A stretch of DNA of 64,000 nt from Mytilus edulis (lineage: Eukaryota), in contig NC_092347.1 of the NCBI RefSeq assembly GCF_963676685.1, positions 55,118,001 to 55,182,000 of the forward strand, in the 5' to 3' direction. The first letter of the stretch is position 1, and each line of letters begins with the position of its first letter. The notes under the pieces were generated by a model. That model ran no database searches and was not told the origin of the DNA. It saw nothing but the letters and a program-made list of their open reading frames with translations. Made by a program: the position numbers and the translations under genes. This document shows, in pieces, positions 1 to 14,050 of the stretch.

Positions 1-540
1 CTCCTGGATATTTGAGAAGACAGAAATAGAACTACCTTTAAATGTTGATTTTGGTTTTATTTGGTGTTCCTACAAAAAACAACAGATGAAAATGACATAA
101 GAAACTTTTAAATAATTCTGTAAACAAAATTCTAGATTTATAGAAGAAAATTATCAATGGAACAAACCAATATGAAAGCACTAAATCATCATTAAAAAAA
201 CAAGTTATTGATAAAAAGAAATATAATATATTAAAATAAAATACCCAGAAGGGCAGAGATTTGCTGGAACCCCTGGACTCATTTGTTGTCATAAAACAAA
301 ACAAGTCAACCGACACCACCGATATTATATATATATTTAATATCCAAACCGTCTTCGTCTTCAGACTTGCAATCATATACTGCAATGTACCAAGCTATTA
401 CAGCTGTGACTATCAAATATATTATGTATCTTCTGTTTATTGTATATAACTGTTGTGCATAAAAGTGTCCTTAACCAAGGTTAGACAAACTATACAAATC
501 CTTGGTATAACTTATTATGTTTATGTGCAAATAAAAAGAA
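1..540 (+). mobile_element. possible degenerate 3' end of a non-LTR retrotransposon (LINE-like)
   Basis: Broken reading frames (e.g. SWIFEKTEIELPLNVDFGFIW...) loosely resemble an ORF2 C-terminus. They are followed by an AT-rich tail with AATAAA and an A-rich end near 530-540. Many stops, no intact ORF. Confidence 0.25.
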
Positions 541-1094
541 ATATGTTATTTTTTAAACCACAATTTGAGAATCAGTTTTTGGCCCAATAATTCGACGAAA
601 CTTTATTTGCCTTTTCAAACAAAAGCTTTTTTTTTTTTTAGAAATAACCTTCATAAACAGTTTAGAGGTCAAATACTTTAATTGTGCGTATTCATCAAAA
701 GTACTTTTAAGGATCAATTTAGAAAAGTCTAGTGTGCCATGCGTGGTGTTGCAATATTACTAATTCTTATTTTTTCAGTTATATAGTGCTATAGTTAAAT
801 CTGAACATATAATTTTTACGCCATTACCGTAGCACCGTAACTATAAAAATTACTTAAACTAATCTCGCAAAGTTGGAAAAATTGCTAAGTTTGTAAATGA
901 ATACGACAAAATAAGGAATCTCTCATTATCTTGCAATTTCAACAACAAGAATTTCATTAAGATAAATGATATATTTTCATGTCTTTTTGTTCTGTAATAT
1001 TAGCATGGCAATGTGCTTTTAGAAAGCAATTATTTACTTTTTCGATGTTATTGCATTTCGTTTATTTAAGCCAACACTATTCTGTCTTCTCGCA

Positions 1095-1800
1095 TTGACT
1101 TCAAAGGCAAAAGTGAGCTTTTGCAATCATTTCGCGTGCGTCGTCTGTCCGTAATCGCAAACTTTTTTATAAATCTTCTTTTCTGAAACATCTAGACCGA
1201 ATGCAATCCTATTATTAAAATTCTGATCTATAACAACTCGCGTGCTTGTATAGATCATACGAGAATAAAGATGTCAGAGATCTAAATTTCAATCAGTTAG
1301 GGCCAAATGTTACCAACCTTTACCTATATAATGGAATCTAGTATTAAAATTTTATCTGGGGGTTCCATTCATCCTCTCACATGGTCATTGTTGCTAAAAA
1401 CTGAACATTGGAGGAAAATACAGTGTTTCGCTTATAACCCTTAAATTACAACAGAAGAAGGAATTCGGACATATTAAAAAATATCAACAAGTCCAAGGAT
1501 ATCTGATTCTCCATGAGATTTTCAGGAACATCCATTTTGAAGTTATTGTTTCTAAAATGTAAAATTATTGCCTTGTTATTATATTTCAAATTAAACAGAA
1601 ATAAAGAAATTTCAAAAGTACAAATGACTAGAACAATAATATCTGTACGTCAACATGCTAGAAGTCGCCATTTGACCCCTTATGATCCCTCGTGTGAGTT
1701 ATTGGATTTAAGTTTAAGTTTTACCTTTCTTTGCATTTTTTGAGGAAACTATAATAGTAGATAGAGAATTGTGCGGCTAAATGATATCCACAAATACGCT
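1095..1800 (+). mobile_element. degenerate HINE-like (Helentron-associated) repeat
   Basis: Diverged copy of the 8897-9642 family: GTGAGCTTTT...GCGTCGTCTGTCCGT microsatellite and AAATCTTCT..CTGAAAC. Boundaries are approximate. Confidence 0.5.
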
Positions 1801-2888
1801 AGAATATACGATAATATGAGTTATTCTCCTTTTAAGGCGGGCTTTACCCTTTTCCCCGCTTTTTCTGAAAAATGTATTAGAAATTATTAATTCAACTTAT
1901 TCGTCAAAATAGAATATTCAATTACTCCTTTGAGGGTTGAATTTGAGACACAGCCGGAATCTCAAACTCGACCCATAAAGAAGTTATTGCAACAGTATAA
2001 AAAAAAAATGATCAGCACAATAAGATCTACAAATAAATCGGCATGGCCGCAATTCTCACCCAGTCAACCGACTACTTATAGAATAAAAATGATCATCAGT
2101 GGAAGATCTACAAAAATGCCACGAAATAAATAAAATAAAATATAAACGATTGCATTTAAAGTAAAACAATTAATGTTAATGGCATATTTTTACTAGGCAA
2201 ACAATTCAGGCTCTTGTATGCCCTTGTACAAGCCACTTTTTTTATAGGTTTAAGGGCTGCATATATCAGCATTATTTATTTATAACTTAGTATATGTATA
2301 TGTTCTAAAGCAATCTCGGGTAAATATATGCACTTGGTTACTGTTATGTAAAGCGATGGACTCTTTTGTTGTTTTAAATCTTTAATCATAGTTATATTCA
2401 TGTATTTTTTAGAATTTGTATTTCAAAAAATGCTGATTTTTGCCCATTTTGTCGTAATTACGTTAAAACATAAAGCGGAGGATTCTGGCGTTTATCTTGA
2501 CAATTGATTAATTTATACAAAAATATCATTAAATTTTAATCCCTAGATAGCATCTTTTTGCAATTCCATTGCGAAACTAAAGTCCCTTTTCTGTACTTAC
2601 TGATCTAACCATTGTTTTACACCACAAAGCACGACAGGACATATAAGCCATATCGATTTTCAACGATTTTGGTTAATTTTAAAATGCAATCAGATGTTTT
2701 GAATAAAAGACAGAATCTCGTCTTTTTACTTATATAATTAGAGATCGTATTAACTTCTCTTTTAGGGAAATAATCATCTATTTCGATAGCAGCGTAGTAA
2801 AATAATTCTATTGAACTATTGCTATTGCGATCTACGTTTGTCTATTAACGATCAGGGCGCAAAGGAAATTATACTTAATTCACGTAAT

Positions 2889-2921
2889 TATAAGCTTCTG
2901 GTCCAGTAGACTAAGTCAGTT
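2889..2921 (+). promoter_or_regulatory. core promoter (TATA + Inr) of the Ig-domain gene
   Basis: TATAA at 2889-2893 and TCAGTT initiator at 2916-2921. The Inr A (2918) is 29 nt after the TATA start and 46 nt upstream of the signal-peptide ATG. Confidence 0.6.
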
Positions 2922-2963
2922 TCAGCAATCACAGAACTAGTGACAACTACATGGAGAAAAAAC

Positions 2964-3039
2964 ATGACTTCTCATTTTATTGGAATATTAATTCATCTGT
3001 ACATTTGTTTATTGGAAGCAGTTTGTAATTCAGATTCAG
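2964..3039 (+). CDS. exon 1 (signal peptide) of single-Ig-domain, probably GPI-anchored protein
   Basis: AAAC-ATG context; encodes the hydrophobic signal peptide MTSHFIGILIHLYICLLEAVCNSDS. Ends CAG|GTAACA (phase 1), compatible with the phase-1 Ig exon at 25002. Linkage across 22 kb is inferred. Confidence 0.7.
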
Positions 3040-4329
3040 GTAACAAAAGTAGTATTTCAATATAACATTTTTTTTGTCATTTTTTGTAAAGCTCGTTTTT
3101 TTTTTCTTTTTCATTTCTATTTGATCCAAATCTCAGAGTTAACTATTTATAATGAAAACTTAAAACTTTTTTAGAACTTTTTTTGCTTTCATTTTTGATA
3201 GTTATCATTTCAATTTGTAGATTTTTATTTATTTAAAAGTATTAACATGAATTTATTATTTTCAGTTAATTGTATATAACCATCTTTTATGAAAGTTCAG
3301 AAAGTGAATACTTAAAGAAAATCTGTTGTTCAAATATTTTAGGGGGTTTGGGCTGTTTTTCCTTTTTTGGCAGTTACTATCTGTCACTCGTGTACAAAAA
3401 TGTTTTTTTATCATAAGAAATGACCAACAAGAGATTCAAAAAGACGTGTAAATTTTGGATTTTCTTTGTTCTTTGTTTATCGCTTACAAATAATTGTTCC
3501 TCTTGTTATTGTGCTTTTACGCCACCAAATTGAGATAAAACCGTATAAATATAATTATCCATTTCGCATTTGCTAGGCCCAACTGGGTTTCAGTGGAATA
3601 CCCCGCATGCTCTTTTAATATTGAAATCGTTACATGTCCACATTCTTCAAATACTTTTTTTTATATATGAACTGCCTTGATAATCTGAGCATGACTTACG
3701 GTCTGTTTATTTGAGATACTAATGATCAGCAGATATTTAGAGGGAATTTTATTATAAAATTGGTTGTTTTTTGTGCGTTTTTATTTCCTAGTTAACGTAA
3801 GTGTTAACCCTGTTGGTAGCTGGCCTTTTTTTAAATGGTGTTTTACTCACATGTTTCTTTTATGTAAAAGGGTTTAGGGTGAGATGGGGTGCCCATAAGC
3901 ACTGGATTAACCCAACGACATTTTGTGACCAAGGTTGACTAACTAGACCATGTATTGCCCTTTATTGATAGTCTTTGTCTGTGCGTCTCTTTTCATAGGT
4001 GAGTCGGATGTAGTCTGCTGTGCTGTCAAGTATTTATGGTTATTTTGAGGATCGTAGTTCGATTTCATGGACACATACTGTTTTGTCAGATTCCCATATT
4101 CGAACATTTCCCAATATTGACACAGGTTTTCATTTCTTTAGTTTCTTTTTGGAAATGACTCCGATTGCTAAAGCCCGTCTAACTCATTTTCGATCATAAA
4201 AATCTTTACATGGTTCAAGTATAGGAATTGTATATTAACAGAAAATATGTATACAAAATAATTGAAAAGTTTCGGAATTGAATTGATAGATAAATCATAC
4301 TTTTTGTTCGTTAGACCACGTGAGCGTAT

Positions 4330-5090
4330 CGAACCAATCCCAAGCAAAAAAGCCCCAAGGTATGGAATGTATATCATCAATCTTCTCTTCCTCGACCTTA
4401 TCTCATTATTGGTGTCCATTTATGGAATTATAAACAAGCGAATTCGGCATAAAAGTCGAAAAATTGTTCATCAACGCAGCTTGTGTGTAATCGTGTAGAT
4501 AATTTTTGCTCCAATGGAATCCAATAATAGTGTGCTAGTTCTATAATAGAGATATACAAAATGATCTATTTGGTTAATTTTTTTTTATTTAATATCTTTA
4601 TTGCAAAATAACACCCATAAGGGTTAAGCAATACAAACAAACAATTATACATTCTAAATACAATGAAATACAATACAATAAAATAGAACATATTTTAAGA
4701 GTTTTATTAAATGTTTGCATACACATTATTTTATTAACTTCCATACGGAATAAAACCGTAAGATATGTATATGATGATGAAATGTCAGTCCAGGTGACTC
4801 TCACCAACACAATAGTCGGTGCTTCAGTTTACTGACATAATTTATAACATCCTTTTCTGAAATTCTCCGTTGATAAATTTAGCAGTAAGATTCCAGCATC
4901 CTTCAGTTGATCAAAAAGGGATATTAGTGTTGCTGTTCTGTGTATTCCGCTTGATCAGTACAGCTCCTTAGTTTAAACAGTATTTATTAATGAAAAATTA
5001 CAAGATGTATATTACAATGTTACATAAAGTTCAAATATGGGATTCGGAAACAAGTTTGGAAAAACTTTTATAAATCCGTCTCCCTATCAT
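4330..5090 (+). mobile_element. highly degenerate Penelope-like RT C-terminal fragments
   Basis: IPSKKAPRYGMYIINLL (about 4336-4390) and SSKIPAS (about 4880-4900) echo the PLE motif NFPFxxSNIPxxPAYGVYISQLIRY. Frames are broken. Confidence 0.4.
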
Positions 5091-5466
5091 CAATATACAG
5101 CTCCTTACTTATTTGGGTATTCATACATCCCTGTTCGTCTTTTTTGTAAGTTTGAGCGATCTTACCAATATAGCACGTTTACACAGTATCTTTGATGAGA
5201 GGACAGATCCCTATTAGTTTTGTGGTACTTACTCCAGAAAGACTGAAATGTGTGCAGAATTAAAGGGGTTTCTGCATGCTTATTCAAATATATACTAGTA
5301 CTACATATGGGATTGCAACCTTTCATTGGAATATGATCGCATATATATATAATGGATTGCTGTTCCAATTGAACGGAACGTCCACCAGCAGTGGCATCGA
5401 CCCAGTGATGTTAAATAGACAAAAATGTATGCCAAGAAATTGTTTCCAGATGCTTAAACAAATACT

Positions 5467-5921
5467 GCATATCGTCGCTGGGCTTCTAAAATGTCTTATA
5501 TGACTTTTTTGGCTAAAAATACTTTTTGACACCAATGGTCTGGGCGGGAGGAAATCTTTGTTATCACAAAATAGCATACAGTTAGACCAATCAAAATGTG
5601 TGAAATAAGACATATTACAAAATTGCCAATGTCAGTTGTTTGTAAAGTTTGCTTCCAAAATGTTGTATGAAAACCGTTGTAGAATGGTTTTGGGAAAAAA
5701 GTAATTGTACATTTATTTATTTCTGTGAAAATAATTTAAGTTCTTGGATAATCCAGAAGTGTCAACGTTTTTATTTCACCGCTATTTACAAAAATGTTCA
5801 AGTTCACATACGACATTTTGGAGCATGCATTTTGCCAAAATTTTCAAAGCCTGTTTGTGAGAAATTTTTTTCTTGAAAAATTTGTAATTTACAACATTTT
5901 AGAAGCCCAGCGACGATATGC
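5467..5921. mobile_element. ~455-bp MITE with perfect 28-bp TIRs
   Basis: GCATATCGTCGCTGGGCTTCTAAAATGT (5467-5494) and its exact reverse complement (5894-5921). No clear TSD. Confidence 0.8.
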
Positions 5922-8896
5922 GATTGGGTATCTGGTCACATTATGAGAAAAAAATCCATTTTATTTTTTCCAATGCTAATGTCCAGGTTACTAAAAATTA
6001 AATGTGCTCAAAATGTCGTTTCAAGATACTAATTAAGTTCTACATATGCCATTTCAACTTATTTGAATATGTGGTCCCAGAAAATATGAGGAAAATCCCT
6101 AGCTGTTGATTTTTGGTCTTACTTAATTTAAAAGTTTAAGAAGGAAAACATGATTACAGATTGGTTTTTTTTTTGCGTTTTGGGGATGTCCACGGGTACT
6201 TACTCTACCAGATCATAGTTAACATTAACTCCATGCATGCATTCTTTAAAGGGTCGTTCGTTTGTAAAAATGTTGTAGCTGTACAGGAAGTATAAATACG
6301 CAGTCAAGTCCATTCAGAATGGATATTCTAAATATGATAATTGAAGGGTGAAATGATCTCTGCACGTTACAGAACCCTTTGAAATAGCTCTGGCATGCAG
6401 GGAATGCAAAACCTTTCTATTTAATTATTGTTTATTTGTTTTTGTACAGAATAGTCATGAAATATGAATTACTCCATGTTACTTAAAGCAGCACAATCAA
6501 TCAAACCTTTATAAAATTCTACCCTGTGCATTTTATATAGTATATAGTTTTCCGTATTTACTAAATACTGAAAACTATATTTGTATGCATATTAACCGTC
6601 CACTACCGATCCACATCGCATCCTTTGACACGGTGCATGAGGCTTGACTCCAAAACCTCAAATCTTTTGTCTCACTGTAAATAAACATTAAGATTCGCCG
6701 TTTCCTATTTGAAGTCGCTCTGATCCAGAATTTTGAAAAAGAATAGCCCATCCTTCTACATCGGTAAATCGGGTGGAAATCCAACTGATAAAATGTATAC
6801 ATTAATGTCATAAACTATATCTGCCGTTTCATAGAAGAGGTATCTCTTTCTTACCCAGCCATCGATTTCAGACCAGGGAATTTGAATGTTACCTAATTTG
6901 GATGAAATGATTAATCATTGGTAAATACCACTCTGATGTATCGGGATATGTCTTATGTTCGTATATATTTGGATTGGGTCATTTGGTGATGAAACAAACA
7001 AAAATTACGTTTCCTGCGGGAGCATTAATTTGCATTACAGTATCAGCCATCTGTTTTAAAATCTTCTGAGACTCTGAACGATACTACCTTTGAACTGTTT
7101 TGTATTTTGATAATACCAATTGTTACATGTAAAAGCTAACAAAGACCACAAGAATAACAACAAATTCAAATAGAAAAAGAATTATAAAAATACACTCACA
7201 AAGATAATTAAAACATTGAAGGGCAAACAGTCGAACACAATGTTTGAGTTAAAAAAGGGGGGGGGGGGTTCGTACAAATTAATAATGTTAGACTGAAAAA
7301 AGAACAGACATCGCTGTTAGACTTTAACTTTTGCATTGTACCGTTTTCCTAGTATCTTTGAAATGCAAGCTGCAACGTAGAAAACAATCGTGTTTGATGA
7401 CGAAAAATTATAGGCATACATATTATGTCAAACTGTTCCGTGTTTGAATCTATAGATATTAAATGAAGTTAATAAATTCAGCAGATACCAACAAAGATCT
7501 ATCTTCATCTCACATAAGAAATCAAACAACAAAAAACAACAAAAATAACAGAAAATGAATAAGTTCTTTACAATTTTATGTCTAGATGTGTTAAAGGGGC
7601 ACTAGCTGCCAAATTCATGTTCACCGATTTGACTCAAATTCTCATATTTTATTCATTACAATGTAAAACATTTTTCCAAACTATCAAACGTATGAAATAA
7701 ACAATTTACTGGACATGGTCTCAAAAAGATGTAGCTTCGTTTCGTGTGAATTTTAACAAAGACGCCATCTAATTAACTATCGAGTTGACCCTCTATGACC
7801 ATATAAGCGATGTAAACATAAACATAGATATAAATAGATTAAGCAACTCGTGCAATTGGATTTTTATAGGTCTGTTAAATTTTGTATTATATATTAAAAA
7901 TTTATGTTTATCGTCGTTTTTACCTTTATAAGAAGTTTTTTTGTGGATCGAATCAGTCAATCAAATCATTTGCCTTTGTTTCACTTTCAATGTTGACATT
8001 CTTTTCCTTTCTTTTTAGACTAATTGTTTTAAACTCAGTCTAGTCTGCACGGTTTAAAACGTATATGTCTAAAAAAAAAAGGCTATACTGAAATCATAAC
8101 ATCCCATTCTTTGCTTTATATTGATCTCTGGGGAAGTTAAAGTTCGGCTGATCTAAAAGACTTTTGTTTGTAATTGCAATGTTAGAACTGCAATCGTGTG
8201 AAAACTACAGTAACATATTGCAATCTTATCTTACGTAATAAAGTGACAGTTCAGAGTGCCTTTTTTACAATTTTTAATGGAAAGTTTAGTCTTCACTACT
8301 TAACTCAAAGTTCGCAATAATGCTTTCTAAATTGTGATTTATAGAATTGTCTAGGATTTAAAATCTATATAGCTGACAAAAAGATCGTTTGTAAGACTAA
8401 GTAAACAAATACTCCATTATTGGTGATTATAAATAAATAATGATCAAGAACGTAGAGAGGTTAATCTATCTAATTAATCTTTTTGTTACAATAATCATTC
8501 ATATTTTGATCATAACACGACCAGGGATAACATTGTACACAAAATAATTTAATAAAATATGCTTATTGACCGAGAATGAGGGGAATATATTATATGTTTG
8601 TTATCTCATCCAGATCATGCATGTCATACTCAATTCTAACCCGAGGGTTGGCTGACCACAATGAGGGTATCACGAAGCTGACAAAAAGTGATGCTACAAA
8701 GCTATCAACAAAAAAATGTATCACGATGGTGTCGACAAAAAGTGATATCCAGGTGACTGATCAAGCCATTTTTAACCATGTGTTCCAATTCAAAAGCATT
8801 GCTCGTAAAAAAGGGGGGGTTCAACCCCACGAACCCCCTTTTGCATCCACCACTGATATCATGAAGACTACAAGACATCCACACGGACTCAATGAC

Positions 8897-9642
8897 TTTT
8901 TAGCTCACCTGGTGAAGGGCCAAGTGAGCTTTTCTCATCACTAAAGCGTCCGGCGTCCGTCGTCGTCCGTCGTCGTTTACTTTTACAAAAATCTTCTCCT
9001 CTGAAACTACTGGGCCAAATTAAACCAAACTTGGCCAAAATCATCCTTGGCGTATCTAGTTTAAGAAATGTGTCCAGTGACCAGGCCAACCAACCAAGAT
9101 GGCCACCATGGATAAAAATGGAACATAGGGGTAAAATGTAGATTTTGACTTATATCTGTGAAACCAAAGACTTTAGAGCAAATCTTACATGTGGTAAAAT
9201 TATTTATTAGGGCAAGATCTATCTGCTCTGAAATTTTCAGATGAATCGGACAACCCGTTGATGGGTTGCTGCCCCTGAATTGGTAATTTTAAGAAAATTT
9301 TGCAGTTTTTGGTTATTATCTGGAATATTATTATAGATAGAGATAAACTGTGAATAACAACAATGTACAGCAAAGTAAGAGCTATACAGATAAGTCAACT
9401 TGACCAAAGTGGTCAATTGACCCCTAAGGAGTTATTGTCCTTTATAGTCAATTTTTACAAAATATTTTCCACTGTCACTTCTGGACCAATTTCATTATAG
9501 ATAAAGATCATTGTAAGCAGCAAGATTGTTCAATAAAGTAAGATCTACAAACACATCACCAAAACACAATTTTGACATAAATCCATCTATGTCCGTTGTT
9601 TAATATGCACATAGACCAAGGTGAGCGACACAGGCTCTAGTT
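8897..9642 (+). mobile_element. HINE-like (Helentron-associated) non-autonomous element
   Basis: T-run start, AGCTCAC...GTGAGCT sub-terminal inverted repeat, GTCC/GTC microsatellite, and 3' GTGAGC..AGGCTCTAG-TT end. Homologous to 58537-59822. Confidence 0.75.
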
Positions 9643-10582
9643 AAATTCTTGACTCCAATGGCGCCGGGATTCACATTTTTCTATATGAAAAATATAAAGC
9701 GAGTAAAACCTTGAATAATACTTAAAAATATATTCGTCATACAAGGGGTCACCCTGGGTCCCAATAATCCACAATGATCTGGGTTTTTTTTCAGATAGGG
9801 GTTAAATACATCAACACAACAGATTGATATCAACCTTACTGCATACAGTCCCTTGTATGAAAATCATTACAAAAACTTTTTACTTCAACATATATGTTTT
9901 TGTTATGATTTTCATACAAGGATCTTTTCAGTGAAAATAATTACAAAATGTATAGTACAAATTCAGATTAAATCAAGTTATAATAAACAATTAATTCCAT
10001 GTTGATCGTGTTTACTGTTCAACATAGAAGATTTACCAAATTGTCGTTTATTAAAAGACACATATAACATTTGGAAAATCAATTTTTTTCTTCGTTAAAT
10101 CTGTTAAACGAAAACACAGTTTCTGTTAGCTTTGCGCTTATTTTATATAGAAATTCGATATTTAAAGAAATGCTATCTTCTGATTTCTACTTCAATGGTA
10201 ATCTAAAAATTGACATTATTCGCAACTTTGTATTTCCTTTTCCGCCGAATTAACATACATGTCTTAATATTATTAACTTTTCATCTTTTTCTGCTTGAGT
10301 TTTCTTACTTTCGTAAAAACGTCACAATATAATCCATTTATAGTTAAGCAATTATATCTAGTCAGTCTAGTAGAAAGAGGAATGCGTGCATTTATAAATG
10401 ATTTAAGAAAAAATATATAAATCCTCTACATATTCAAAAGTAGAACCAAAAACACTAAAGTTTAAGTTATATAAAAGACAGCACATATGTCAGTAATTTT
10501 GAGCTTTTTCATCCGTCTCAGAATAAATAAATTAATTAAAACTGTTAGATTTGTAGCTTATATAACAAGTGCTAAACAAATA

Positions 10583-10885
10583 AAAAGTAAAATCACAAAA
10601 ATACTGAACTCCAAGGAAAATTCAAAAAGGAAAGTCCCCAATCAAATGGCAAAATCAAAAGTTCAAACACATCAAACGAATGGATAACAACTGTCATATT
10701 CCGGACTTGGTACAGGCATTTTCTAATGTAGAAAATGGTGGATTGAACCTGGTTTTATAGCTAGCTAAACCTCTCACTTGTATGACAGTCGCATCAAATT
10801 CCATTATATTGTCACCGATGCGTGAACTGAACAAAACAAACAGACAAAATAGGTAAAAATGTCAAAAATAGGTGTACAGCAGTCA
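10583..10885 (+). repeat. dispersed repeat family (AAAAGTAAAATCACAAAAATACTGAACTCC...)
   Basis: Near-identical to 30673-30950. Reverse-strand copies at about 32470-32645 and 34900-35105. Confidence 0.75.
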
Positions 10886-13800
10886 ATAAGGGGTAAGGCA
10901 TTGTATGTAGTCGAACTGAAAGGGAAACATGGTAACAAACACAATAATATCTTTTGTTTGCTCGTTGTTGAAGGCCGTACCCATGGCTTTTTTTAATTTC
11001 TGTGCCATTTGGTCTCTTGATGAGAGTTGTCTCATTAGCTATCCTACCACATCTTTTTTTTTTTAATAAAGATACATTTAGACCAAAATAAAGTCAGTCA
11101 TGCTGACATTCACCTTGAAATGTAATAGCTCGTTTCTGCCTACTAGCAAACAATAAAAAGGGGTGCATGTGTCATTCAGCTGTCCACGTATTTTGGCTCC
11201 TGTTTCTGCTTGCGATCTGCCCAGCAGAGTCAAATACCCGAGTCATGATTTGCGAGGTAAGCCGACATAAAGTATTTGTAATACAGGATAGATAAACAGA
11301 TCTAGAAAGCTGATGAGTAAATGTTTTATACAGTTAATTATTTGGTGATAAACTCCCCGAGGATCTATGAAACATTAATGACGAATCGACGAGGGTTCTT
11401 ACTACTTGTTGTCAGGCCTTGGGCCGTTTGTCTGCTTTGGGATTGATTTTTTGCCGTGCAGTAACTATTCAATTATACGATTGTACAATTAATTCAATAG
11501 ATAGAATTTCATTTTATCATTGCTTATCAATTGTCGGCTAATGATAATTCTGTTTTGGTTTTATTCTTACAGTTTTAATGCATGGAAACGTCTTTTATTG
11601 CTAGATAATGAGAATAATTGAATAGAGAACGCTTTCGCGATGTCAATTAATTACTAAGGAACTTCTTGCATCGTAGAAGCGATATGAGCTTTAACCAGAA
11701 AAACGCTTCGGACGCAAACATTTATTTAACGTGTTTTCATATTGAGCATATATAAACCGCTAAATTTGAAGTGAGTTTACTGTGTGGAAAAGGGAGAAAT
11801 ATCTATTTAGACACTACAGTTTTTTTTTTTATCAAAATAAAACTGATTTAAAAATTATATTTCTTTATCTGAAGGGTCAATGCGGTTTGATTTCATCATT
11901 GTTGGAAAATTTATCAAATCATCATTTATGAAAATTTATGTTGACCAGGCAATAGCTAGCTATATATACAGATTTGCAAATACTGTACTCAAGTTGTCAT
12001 TTAGACATTATTTGGTATGAATAGAGCCATTCATACAAGAAGAAAAAAATATGTCGACTGAACATGTCACTACGTTAATATGATACAGTCATTCTATCCC
12101 ATGATTACATTTATTTTTAATAGGTTCAATTCCAAATATCCCAAGTTCTTTTATCATCAAAAATGTTACTTTTAGCCCATGAGTATTATTTATCTGTAGA
12201 CTGGCATCTGCTAATGACATATCAAAAAGCGTCACCCGTCGTCATTTTAGGAAATAAATTCATAACGATGCAGTGTTGTCCTAATTTATGAGTTTGACTG
12301 TCTGTCCCTCTGGTATCTTTCGTCCCTCGTTTGTCATAAAAGGTCAATTTGAGATGAAAGTGGAGACCGTTCCTTTTATCGTGTCTGGTACATCTTAATG
12401 GTCTTATTTTGACGTGTGACCGAATTTCTCCTGAGACTCGTGTAATATATTTATCTTTGGATCTATTAGATATGCGTTCCAATGCATATTGCATAATTGA
12501 CAAATTTTGATACATTTAGGAGAAGCTAACGAGGTTAAGATTCGTATTAATAAATTATTCATCTTGGTTGGATTTTTCATCTATAATTAAATATATCTGA
12601 GGTTCTCTTTACATAAATGCATTGCTTGAGATAGTATTTTTGATGTTATGGTTTATTCACATTATATCAATACCCAGTACGTTCCTAAACTGTACAGCCA
12701 AAACTGCCAATGGTCAACTGTGGGAGTTGCATGTTTATATTTATATACATTGTAAACTATTATAAAATTTATTAACAAACAAAAAAGTTCAAACTGAATG
12801 TATCATTCAAATACTTTCCGGGACTGACAGTTGTCTAAGACTAGTAATGGTACCTTCCCTCTAGATGTATTGGGAAAAGTCGGTCATCAGCAGTAGCTAA
12901 CTGATATGATAATTCAATTGTAACAAACACGTATCAACTCCGTTATAACTTTCATTGCATATGGCACGTGTATCTTGAATAAACCTCACCAGGAACGAAC
13001 GCTTCAGCGGAAAGTTATTGGGAGGCAAATATCATATATATCAGTATAGCCAATACCGCATTCACAGAAAGAGTTATCTCTGTGGTCTAAGCACAAATAA
13101 TTCATTATTAATTGACTGAACATTTAATAAACATGTATTATGTATAAATCATGGCAATGTCAATGAACTGACTACTAGAAGGATTGTACCACCAGTCAAA
13201 GTTAGTTCACCAACTGCGGTACCAACCTATTTTTAATTGTCAAGTATTTATAAACACGCTTGATATTGATTTCTGAGAAGTGACCAGTTTTATAACATAG
13301 ATACTAAAATTTTCGGTGAACATAATACCATTGTATACATATTGTACATGCTCTATAAAGTTCAATATTACAACCATCATGTAATAGTATGTTTGTGCAT
13401 AACCAATGTTTATTGTCTTAATGGTATCAATTCTGTAATTTTGAACCAATAAAATATCTTATCTCATCTTGTAATAACCACCGATATTGGGTAACTTACT
13501 GGACCAGATTGATTTTAATGTGTTGACAAGTTGAATAGACATCTAGGACAGCAAGTCTAAGGTCAAAAAAGACAGAACAAAAAGGTTACAATTCCGTTTT
13601 GCGATAGTTTCTCCTTGATTATAATAGGAGAAATGTTTGTTATCGGTGTCATCGAACGGATATACAAAAGAACTTAGTGTATGATATGGGACGAATAACT
13701 GGATACATCATTGATGAAACTATCCTAAAACTCCTGTCTATACATGGACTAGTCTTTAATAATAAGCGAACCGGTTTAACCCCGCCCAGTCAAGTGAAAT

Positions 13801-13910
13801 AAATAACCGTTTGTTAAATTAACAGCAAAGCAACCGAAACACAATATTTAATCAAGTCAATGATAGCATACAACGAATGTTATGTAACTCTTCAATTTAT
13901 ATGTAATTAC

Positions 13911-14050
13911 TTTATACTCATATAGAAGCTTCTATATAGACCTATATAGTATGCATCGTTTGTCAAATTCCTACTCAGTTTAAACTATTTATACTCATAT
14001 AGAAGCTTCTATATATTATGCATTTGTCAAATTCCTACTCGGTTTAAACT
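13911..14050. repeat. local tandem duplication containing the palindrome ATATAGAAGCTTCTATAT
   Basis: TTTATACTCATATAGAAGCTTCTATATA...TTTGTCAAATTCCTACTC.GTTTAAACT occurs twice. Confidence 0.8.

Noticed and set aside
6575-7095. Exon-like minus-strand fragments nested in the Ig intron
   Set aside because: Could not be assembled into a stop-free, phase-consistent model, and no recognisable homology.
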